Below, one piece after another: positions 1-7,846 of a stretch of DNA of 64,000 bases. Below the pieces are notes generated by a model. That model was not told the DNA's origin. It ran no database searches and worked only from the letters and a program-made list of their open reading frames with translations. This DNA is from an uncultured Gammaproteobacteria bacterium. Its GTDB lineage: Bacteria > Patescibacteriota > Microgenomatia > UBA8517. The position numbers and the translations under genes are program-made. The stretch's first letter is position 1, and every line of letters starts with the position of its first letter. The stretch is taken from NCBI GenBank assembly GCA_964427735.1, contig CAYRUS010000002.1:131734-195733 (forward strand), read 5' to 3'.

Positions 1-2
1 AT

Positions 3-650
3 CGTATAAATTTTTATGAACTCGCTCAAAGAGAGATGGAATGGAATCTCCTGGCTGCAGAAGGAAAGTATGCTAGGCTAGCTGATGCAATGGCATCAAA
101 TTTTTCTGTGCTATTTGGTATTCCTTACTATAAACTAGCAAACAATATTATTCACTCATACTTCATTCCAGCCATAAAAATGCACCGAGAATCAGATTGG
201 ACAAATGTCAGAAAAAACCTTGCATCATTTTATTCATTTCTTCAAAACTCTTCTCCAGTTTTATGTAATTTTAACCCTAATATTGTTGCAGAAGAAGAAA
301 CTGAGATTTGGAGAATTAGCGATTTAAATATTTCAGATAATAAAGTACAAAAATTGCTTGTCCCTAAATATATAGCTTTTTATTCAGAAATATTACAATT
401 ACAACCTGATCGATTACAGAATGCAGCATTTTTCAAGAGCATAGCAACAATTGCTCGGCGAAGGTACAAAAGAATCAACAATAAACCTTACCCAAAAATT
501 ATAAAAATGCCTTATAGAGAAATACAGCTACTAATTATGGAAAAACACACTTTTGATTCCTGCAGAGAGTTAGAAAAAGTTAGTTACGGATATACTTATT
601 CTTTTAGAGAAGCAGAGAAAAAGCTGAAAAATTCGAGTAGATCTACTTAA
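3..650 (+). CDS. Hypothetical protein, probably 5'-truncated by the window edge
   Basis: ORF 36..650; the frame stays open upstream to position 3 (RINFYELAQRE-M); no recognisable motif. Confidence 0.6.
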   Translation, partial: RINFYELAQREMEWNLLAAEGKYARLADAMASNFSVLFGIPYYKLANNIIHSYFIPAIKMHRESDWTNVRKNLASFYSFLQNSSPVLCNFNPNIVAEEETEIWRISDLNISDNKVQKLLVPKYIAFYSEILQLQPDRLQNAAFFKSIATIARRRYKRINNKPYPKIIKMPYREIQLLIMEKHTFDSCRELEKVSYGYTYSFREAEKKLKNSSRST

Positions 651-874
651 TTACCTTCCTGCATTCCCAAGAGCCACAACACAGCTTCTTTTTTGTAGCG
701 GCGGTCACCTCGAGAGTTGATTCTAATTGCCGGAAGCTTTCCTCTTTTCCCCCACCTTTTAATTGTCAAAGGAGAAACTCTTAGAAGCTCAGCAACTTCT
801 GTTACTGTTAGTAAATCTGGAAGATTATCAAGCTTCAATTCTTTTTTCTTTTTCTTTGGTTTAACGTCAGACAT
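647..874 (-). CDS. Stand-alone excisionase/BldC-like (MerR-superfamily, HTH_17) DNA-binding protein
   Basis: LLTVTEVAELLRVSPLTIKRWGKRGKLPAIRINSRGDRRY matches the HTH_17/BldC pattern. Confidence 0.9.
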   Translation of the reverse strand: MSDVKPKKKKKELKLDNLPDLLTVTEVAELLRVSPLTIKRWGKRGKLPAIRINSRGDRRYKKEAVLWLLGMQEGN

Positions 875-919
875 TTGTATTTTAAAGAAAAAACTTTAAA
901 GGATTTATCTTGCTCAAAC

Positions 920-947
920 AATATCAAACGTTAACAAGGTATGTCAA
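920..947 (-). promoter_or_regulatory. Putative sigma70 promoter of the HTH gene
   Basis: Minus strand TTGACA (947-942), 16 nt, GATATT (925-920). Confidence 0.45.
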
Positions 948-1099
948 GAGGATGTTAATAATTGGTTGTTGGGTTATAGATATTAGAAGATTGAAGTTAG
1001 AAGCTGGAAGTAAGACTTTAGACACTGGCCATTAGTTTTAGGATTCAGGACTTTGAGTACTCGATAAATTTTATTGTAAGTAAATTAGCTAAACTTAAC

Positions 1100-1879
1100 T
1101 TAATATAGATTGTATACTGACTTGTAAGGTGCTCTTCGCTTGACATCCCAGTCTGCAGATCTTTCAAAAGTCTTCCAACCCTCCACTTTTCTGCTGTCTG
1201 TTAATATGAATGCTGATTCCGGTAGTCCGAAGATTTGTCTAGTATCTTCTCCTAGAAAAACTCCGCCGATCACGTTATTATATAGCCATCTACTCACACC
1301 CAGGCTTAAACTTTCAACATTATAAAAAGTTAACACCACCGGTCTTTTATATGCCCCAAAATTAAGCCTAAGAATTTGTTCTACGACCGGGTAGGCTGCT
1401 GATTCTTCATCATATTCATGATATTGTTTTGTAAATGAAAAGTATGCAGGAGCATCGGGTATTTGCTCTAACCTTTTGAGTAAATATAATCCTAAAGCAA
1501 GCATGCAAAATTTGTCTGGATTTTCTTCGGTGGATGCAAATTTAGTAAGTTTTAAAAACTCTTTATCCGACCACCCTGCTTTGAAACGTGATTGGTATTC
1601 CTTTAAATATTCCAAGGCTGTTTGAGGGGAAGAAAAATTAGATAAATCGACTTCATCAGTAATTGCACCTTTATTTACCGCAGTTTTAATTATTTCATTA
1701 ACAACTTGTTCGTGCTTATCCGGGTTGTAACCTCCAACTAAAAACATTTTAGATGGCATTGGATTTACGAAGGATCCATATAGGTTCTCAACTGAACTGT
1801 TGAAATCTTTTTTCAGCCTGTTTGCTTCCTCAGTGTCTGTTTCAACCTGTTCTTGTCTGTCATATTCTGGCTTTGACAT
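1100..1879 (-). CDS. Hypothetical protein
   Basis: 259-aa ORF; TATAAT 9 nt upstream of the ATG. Confidence 0.7.
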   Translation of the reverse strand: MSKPEYDRQEQVETDTEEANRLKKDFNSSVENLYGSFVNPMPSKMFLVGGYNPDKHEQVVNEIIKTAVNKGAITDEVDLSNFSSPQTALEYLKEYQSRFKAGWSDKEFLKLTKFASTEENPDKFCMLALGLYLLKRLEQIPDAPAYFSFTKQYHEYDEESAAYPVVEQILRLNFGAYKRPVVLTFYNVESLSLGVSRWLYNNVIGGVFLGEDTRQIFGLPESAFILTDSRKVEGWKTFERSADWDVKRRAPYKSVYNLY

Positions 1880-2554
1880 GGTTATAGGATTATAGTTGAA
1901 AGCATGGAGTTTTTTAATTATTTATAAATTAATATTGCCATTCAAACAACACATTTTAACCATTTAACAGGCACAGAAAGAAATAATATTAGCACTTAAC
2001 CTGCTTTATTGCTAAGTATTTAATTTTCTATCTTTCTTCTCTATTTCGGTCTTTTCTCACTATTTTTTGATTTAATTCTTACCTTATTCTTTCACTACAG
2101 GACGTGCGAACATATAAATGGCTTATTCTTATCCGTTTCCCTCTTGTGTTTATCGGATAAAATCCACTTTAGGCACAATTTACCGACAATCTTTGAAGAA
2201 ATATTTAACGATCTTTTCGTCTTATAATCTTGTTAAGGGTCTAAGATTGTTCCCAGTTTTTCGTTAGAACAACGAATGTTGTTACGGCGGTATTTTGACA
2301 GACTACAGGTTGTATTTCCTCAGAGGTTCGATTTATATATGCCCAATATTGAACACAATTTGTAGACAATTTTTAGGTTTATACTATAAGCACTTATCCT
2401 CAATTTGTCCCCAAACAGTTTTATTTCTGCTGTTTATATTATCGGGAGGTTTGACACCAAAAACACACTAAGTAAAACCGAAGTTTTTACACAGACAAGT
2501 GTGAAATACTAGAATGATTTGATTAAAAACTTGGCGTTATAACAAAACCTATAT

Positions 2555-3010
2555 TTATGAAGTAGTCTGGTTTTGATTCATCTCAGAAGCTAAAATCTCT
2601 CTTAAAGCAATACGTACAAAAAAATCAAAATCTGCAGAGCTATTTTTAAGTCTGCTGTCTTCACCAATAGCCTCCATCATAACCTTTCTTACTTCTAGCC
2701 CTGTTTGGTAAGTATTTTTGTCAAACTCGATTTTGTCTTCATCTGCTTCTGGAAGTTCATCGGTTGTAACTAGCCTCATAATCCTCATCACATTCACTAA
2801 TCCTCTTAATACAGACTCTTCATCTAAACCTAGACCAAACTGAAACTCAGCCTTAAGTGCAAGTACATATTTAGACTTTGATTCTAAATTCTTTGCCCCT
2901 TCTTCCATAATTTCCAAAATTCTTTGTCCTTGCGATTGTACTTCATTAAGCTCTGGTCTATATTTATTTATAAAAACTTCTCTTTCTTGATCGAATCTTT
3001 CTTGTACCAT
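2555..3010 (-). CDS. Hypothetical acidic helical protein
   Basis: 151-aa ORF directly downstream of mreB. Confidence 0.65.
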   Translation of the reverse strand: MVQERFDQEREVFINKYRPELNEVQSQGQRILEIMEEGAKNLESKSKYVLALKAEFQFGLGLDEESVLRGLVNVMRIMRLVTTDELPEADEDKIEFDKNTYQTGLEVRKVMMEAIGEDSRLKNSSADFDFFVRIALREILASEMNQNQTTS

Positions 3011-3055
3011 CTTATTTGCTCGAATTTTAATCTTGTCAACTTATTAAGTCAACTT

Positions 3056-4063
3056 TTACTTTGTAGTTACACTCCTTCTCCAAAGCTCAATATTCTCAAG
3101 CACTAGTCCGGTCCCCCGAACAACACACAAAAGCGGCTCTTCTGCAACATGGGCAGGAACACCAGTTTCCTGAGTTATGAGCTTATCAAAGTTCCTTAAT
3201 TGGCTTGTACCGCCACTCATAACTATTCCTTTATCTATTATGTCAGCTGCAAGCTCTGGGGGTGTGTCTTCTAATACAGCTTTAACCGCACCGATTATTT
3301 GTAATAGTGTCGCATTTATAGCCTCAGTGATTTCGTGAGAAGATACAACAATACTTCTAGGAAGACCAAAAACCAAGTCCCTACCACTTATTTCTAGTTT
3401 TTCCTCCTTCTCCAAAGGTATTGCAGAGCCTATTTTGATCTTGATAAGCTCGGCAGTCTGATCTCCAACAATTAGATTATGTTCTTTTTTAAGATAGGCT
3501 TGTATTGCACCATCAACCTTATTCCCGGATACACGCACTGATTTATGAACCACTACCCCTCCTAGTGAAATCACTGCCGCCTCTGCACTGCCCCCACCTA
3601 TATCAACAATCATATGCCCTGAGGGAGCAGAAACTGGAATTCCAGCTCCTATTGCAGCAGCTAAAGGCTCATCAATTAAATATGAACGTGCTGCACCAGC
3701 TGATAAAGTAGCCTCGAGTGCAGCTCTTCTTTCTACCTGGGTGCATCCAGCAGGGACACAAACCATTACTTCCGGTTTAATAGGCTGAAACCGTCCGCCT
3801 ACTTTTCCAATAAAATATGAAAGCATAGCCTCGGTTACTTGATAATCTGCAATTACCCCTTCCCTCAAAGGTCTACTGGCAACTAAGCTCTCCGGGGTTC
3901 TGCCAAGCATTTTCTTAGCTTCTTCTCCAACAGCCACTACTTTGCTATCATCTACAGAAATTGCCACAACAGTTGGTTCATCTGCCACAATACCTGTTCC
4001 AGCTACCCAAACAACTGTGTTTGCAGTTCCTAAATCAATTGCAATTCTTTTTCTTAAAGACAT
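3056..4063 (-). CDS. mreB: Rod shape-determining protein MreB/Mbl
   Basis: IAIDLGTANT, RPLREGVIADY, IDEPLAAAIGAG, VDIGGGS, SGGTSQL actin-fold motifs. Confidence 0.97.
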   Translation of the reverse strand: MSLRKRIAIDLGTANTVVWVAGTGIVADEPTVVAISVDDSKVVAVGEEAKKMLGRTPESLVASRPLREGVIADYQVTEAMLSYFIGKVGGRFQPIKPEVMVCVPAGCTQVERRAALEATLSAGAARSYLIDEPLAAAIGAGIPVSAPSGHMIVDIGGGSAEAAVISLGGVVVHKSVRVSGNKVDGAIQAYLKKEHNLIVGDQTAELIKIKIGSAIPLEKEEKLEISGRDLVFGLPRSIVVSSHEITEAINATLLQIIGAVKAVLEDTPPELAADIIDKGIVMSGGTSQLRNFDKLITQETGVPAHVAEEPLLCVVRGTGLVLENIELWRRSVTTK

Positions 4064-4250
4064 ATAGAAATTTTAAAATTTTTGGATAAAGTCTATTATA
4101 TTTGTATCACAATGATACACTTACAATGTATTAAGATCTATTATTTGACGACTTTAATTAATCTAACTAGCCATTATATGATTAAAAATAAAACACAACA
4201 AGTGTAACAAAAACTGATTTATCTACATACAAATGTTATAATTATTTGTT

Positions 4251-5486
4251 ATGCGTTCTAAAAACCTTGCCCTTATTTCCACTTTCGCATTAGCCATTCT
4301 TATAGCCTCAGGCGTAGCTCTCTATGCTCGCGGCTATAGATTTAACCTTACTTCAAGAAATATTGAACCAAACGGACATTTGGTAATTAAATCTGTACCA
4401 GACGGTGCAGAAGTTTTTATTGATGGAGAATTAGAATCAGCAACAAATGCCAACTTAAGGCTCTCTCCTCAAACCTATGATGTTGAAGTAAGGAAAGAAG
4501 GATATCACACATGGTCAAAACGTATAACAATAGAAAAGGAAGAAGTTACAGAATACACAGCTCATCTTTTTAGAGCTGCACCATCGCTTTCTGCAATCAC
4601 CTTTGCCGGAAGCATCAACCCTACTCCGTCAAATGACTTTACAAAAATTGCATATATTGTTCCTCCATCTGAAGGCACAAATGTAAATGCAACAGACTTA
4701 AATTCAGGTTTATGGGTGATGGAAACAACAAATCTTCCAATTGGATTTTCTAGAGAACCAAGAAGAATTACAGACGGTGATTTAACTAATGCCACTTTTG
4801 AATGGTCACCAAATGGTCGAGAAATTTTACTAACCACAAGAACAGGTACATTTTTATTGAACTCAGGAGAGTTCACTCCACAAGCCCAACGAATAAATAT
4901 TATAAGCAGATTAGAAGAAATAAAAGAAGAATGGGAACTACAAGAAAATGCACGTATAGAAAGCCTTATGCTTTCACTTCCCCAAGAGTTATCTGAGCTT
5001 CTGTCAAGCAAAGTGGAAAAAGTAATATTTTCACCTGATGAAGAAATGGTTTTGTATAGCGTCAAAGAGGCAGCTACACTCAGAGATAGATATAAAGATC
5101 CTATTCCTGGTTCATCTTCTCAACAACAAGAAAGACAACTTCAGCAAAATGGCGTTTATGTTTATGACATAGAAGAAGATAGGAATTATAAGATTGCAGA
5201 TATTAATACAGATGACTTGGAAGAATGTGCTTTAAATACTCCTGCAATTCAACTTTCCTGCAGCTCTACTATTGCTTGGTTTCCTACAGCTAGACACCTT
5301 GTTGTGTCAGAACCCAACAAAATCAGGATAATTGAATACGACGGAACCAATGATGTTCAAGTTTATGCAGGAAGTTATGTCGCTCCATTTGCATTCCCCA
5401 TTGCAAATATAGACAGGCTAATTGCACTTACCAATTTAGGCTCTGATTCTACAACAGCCAACCTTTATTCAGTGGGGATAAAATAG
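4251..5486 (+). CDS. Membrane-anchored PEGA-domain protein with TolB-like beta-propeller
   Basis: N-terminal TM followed by YARGYRF; PEGA pattern GHLVIKSVPDGAEVFIDG...YDVEVRKEGY; WSPNG/FSPDE/WFPT propeller motifs. Confidence 0.85.
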   Translation: MRSKNLALISTFALAILIASGVALYARGYRFNLTSRNIEPNGHLVIKSVPDGAEVFIDGELESATNANLRLSPQTYDVEVRKEGYHTWSKRITIEKEEVTEYTAHLFRAAPSLSAITFAGSINPTPSNDFTKIAYIVPPSEGTNVNATDLNSGLWVMETTNLPIGFSREPRRITDGDLTNATFEWSPNGREILLTTRTGTFLLNSGEFTPQAQRINIISRLEEIKEEWELQENARIESLMLSLPQELSELLSSKVEKVIFSPDEEMVLYSVKEAATLRDRYKDPIPGSSSQQQERQLQQNGVYVYDIEEDRNYKIADINTDDLEECALNTPAIQLSCSSTIAWFPTARHLVVSEPNKIRIIEYDGTNDVQVYAGSYVAPFAFPIANIDRLIALTNLGSDSTTANLYSVGIK

Positions 5487-5612
5487 AAGCTAGAGGCTGA
5501 ATTTTAAATGCTTGAAAACTAAAGATAGAATTTGGAAGTTTGTTTCTAGATTTTGGGTATTCGACTTTAGTTATTAAAAACCAGATTTTATCTTTTTACT
5601 CCTCACCGAATT

Positions 5613-5716
5613 TGGACAAGCAAGAAAGTATATTTAACCATTACACAATCAAATAGATTTAACTTAGATACGCAATAAAGTGAAATATAAAGTAAACAAC
5701 TTACACCCCAAAATAC
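5613..5716 (+). repeat. Diverged direct repeat, copy 1 (partner 7720-7846)
   Basis: GCAAGAAAGTATATTTAAC identical at 5620-5638 and 7727-7745; AACTTACAccCCAAAATAC (5698-5716) vs AACTTACAgtCCAAAATAC (7828-7846). Confidence 0.7.
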
Positions 5717-7041
5717 TTGATAACAAAAGAAGCATAAATATTACTTACCTCTGGCAATGAATCTAATTCAACACACTCATTGTAGGAATTGACATTTTCC
5801 CCCCAAGGTCCATAAACCAAAACAGGTATATTTTGCTCATTAAGCAGTGTTCCTGCGTGTTCAAGAGTATCCACAGATATTTCAACTTGATCAGACCTAG
5901 ATCTTTCCAGAATTTCCTTTAAAATTTTGACTGATTTTTCTTCCCTGGAAATGATATAGCCTTCCCTGCCTGAAAGATACTCAAATTCAAACTTTGAACC
6001 ATTAATTGACTGCTGAGTTGTTAATGCATTCATGATTTCGTCTAATATTTCTCTCGTAATATCTGGAGCAGTAGAAAAATAAAGCTCGGCTTCACACTCA
6101 ATAGGAAAAGAATTTACAGTTTTGTTTGATCTTATTTTTGATACTCTTAACTTGGTACTCTCAGAAAATTCACTATGATTGGTGGGAGGAAATGTAACTT
6201 CGTTTAAATTGTTAATAAAATTTGCCATAGAATTAATGGCATTAAATCCACTTTTAAATATTCCCCCTGGCTTTACCAGAGACGGTTTAACAGTTACTTT
6301 ATACCGATGGAAACCAGTTGTACCATTTATTATTTTGTTTGGGCTTGTATTAAGTCCTAATAAAGCTAAGTCAACAGGCAAACCAGCATCATTTATTTTA
6401 TTAAGTCCATGAAATAATCCTTTATCTTGACCTCCATCAAAAACTATTTCTACTCTAATTTCTTCTTCACTTAGATATTTTTTTAAGGCTAGCACAGCGT
6501 AAACCATAGCTACAATTCCACCTTTAGCTTGCAATGCTCCTCTACCAAACATTTTTCCTTCCTCAATCACACCTTCAAACGGTGGGTAATCCCACTCTAT
6601 TTCATCCCCAGGAGGTTCCGTATACAAAGGACAATTTAGTAATATTCCTCTATCTTTGTAGCCTAAAGTAGCCTTAATGGCGATAACCCGATCTTCTGTA
6701 TAAACAAAACTTCGTACTTTGTGATCAGTAAAAATTCGATTAATTGCTTCGGCTAATTGTGCTTCATTTTGGAAATTATCTGAATGGGTAGGTATAGATA
6801 CAAATCTTTGAAGATCGTCTATCATCTCTCCTTTTTTATTTTCCAAGAACGTTCTTATCTCTGCTTGAATATTTTTTTGGACTCCTTTTCCCAAAAACCT
6901 GTCTAATTCTTCCTGAGAAATTAAGTACCTTCTTCCTATTTTTTCAGGTTCAATATTGCCCCTTTTAATCTCACGCAGAACAGTTCTTTCTGAAACCTTC
7001 AACTTATCCGCAACCTCTTGTACTGTAAGTTTAGCCTGCAT
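5701..7041 (-). CDS. HTH_17 (excisionase-type) DNA-binding domain fused to a degenerate M20/ArgE/DapE-family domain
   Basis: N-terminal LTVQEVADKLKVSERTVLREIKRGNI..KIGRRYLI; M20 scaffold W.YPPFEG.IEEGKMFGRGA..AKGG; ATG at 7041 preferred over GTG at 7059. Confidence 0.85.
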   Translation of the reverse strand: MQAKLTVQEVADKLKVSERTVLREIKRGNIEPEKIGRRYLISQEELDRFLGKGVQKNIQAEIRTFLENKKGEMIDDLQRFVSIPTHSDNFQNEAQLAEAINRIFTDHKVRSFVYTEDRVIAIKATLGYKDRGILLNCPLYTEPPGDEIEWDYPPFEGVIEEGKMFGRGALQAKGGIVAMVYAVLALKKYLSEEEIRVEIVFDGGQDKGLFHGLNKINDAGLPVDLALLGLNTSPNKIINGTTGFHRYKVTVKPSLVKPGGIFKSGFNAINSMANFINNLNEVTFPPTNHSEFSESTKLRVSKIRSNKTVNSFPIECEAELYFSTAPDITREILDEIMNALTTQQSINGSKFEFEYLSGREGYIISREEKSVKILKEILERSRSDQVEISVDTLEHAGTLLNEQNIPVLVYGPWGENVNSYNECVELDSLPEVSNIYASFVIKYFGV

Positions 7042-7048
7042 TTGTCTT

Positions 7049-7080
7049 CTAGTGTACACTAGTGTCCTGTATTAATGCAA
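7049..7080 (-). promoter_or_regulatory. Putative promoter with overlapping palindromic operator
   Basis: Minus strand TTGCAT, 18 nt, TACACT; perfect palindrome CTAGTGTACACTAG at 7049-7062; CTAGTGT at 7049, 7059 and 7114. Confidence 0.55.
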
Positions 7081-7564
7081 TATTACTATATTTTTAAGTA
7101 AGGCTGTGGATAACTAGTGTATTAATTGGGTAAGACAAGGTTATGGGATGTAGATCATTAGCCTGGATTTGGTTATTTTAAAGATCCTGGGTAATTGTTA
7201 GGTTATATACTAATAAATCTTTATTTTTATTGAACCTTCATTAAATAAACTATCTTTTATGCTAAGTATTTAATTGCAAATACGAAGTTTAGTATTTTCC
7301 GTGCCTACTGCTTTATTAAAGCGATTTTAAATAGGCTAAAATTTAATAGATATACAAATAGTCATTTAAAAGCTATTGGGTATGGAAAAAGATGTGATAT
7401 AAAACCAAAATGCACTAAAAATAAGAAAGGGATCGTTGGATATTGTATTTTGAACACCGAAAACTAGGAGTTGGATGTTAGATACTAAATTTCAATCTCA
7501 AAATTCAAAACCTCAATAATTACTTCCAAACTTTTTAGACTTGGAATGAAGTGAGTTAGATTAT

Positions 7565-7698
7565 TGCCTACAAAAAATTTCATCTCGACAAGTTGAGCGA
7601 ATACTTATTAAACATCGTGACTGTCCGCACTTGCTACGGCAAGCAAGTTGAGCGATATAACATGAGCAGAGCGGGAAGCTATGAAATTTTTTCTAGGC
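7565..7698. repeat. 134-bp element bounded by 18-bp inverted repeats (MITE-like or structured RNA)
   Basis: GCCTACAAAAAATTTCAT (7565-7582) pairs with ATGAAATTTTTTCTAGGC (7681-7698), 1 mismatch; internal direct repeat CAAGTTGAGCGA at 7588 and 7644. Confidence 0.6.
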
Positions 7699-7719
7699 TG
7701 CCCTTCTTTGATACTTTCC

Positions 7720-7846
7720 TGGGCATGCAAGAAAGTATATTTAACATAGTATCAAAAGTATTTTATGAAGATGAATAGAATATTATTTCTTTTTTAACTC
7801 TCTAACAAAAAAGAAGTATTTGAATTAAACTTACAGTCCAAAATAC
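7720..7846 (+). repeat. Diverged direct repeat, copy 2 (partner 5613-5716)
   Basis: See copy 1; includes the last codons of the 999-aa gene. Confidence 0.7.

Noticed and set aside
1100-1879. Possible AAA-like fold (VVLTFYNVE resembles a Walker B strand)
   Set aside because: No Walker A motif; resemblance too weak
5701-7041. Calling the M20 fusion argE/dapE or a pseudogene
   Set aside because: Metal ligands are absent, so an enzyme name is unsupported; the frame is intact, so it is not evidently a pseudogene
7105-7113. Perfect DnaA box TGTGGATAA suggesting oriC
   Set aside because: Single box, no cluster and no dnaA/dnaN nearby
7593-7778. 61-aa ORF in the intergenic region
   Set aside because: TTG start, overlaps the inverted-repeat element, no protein-like features
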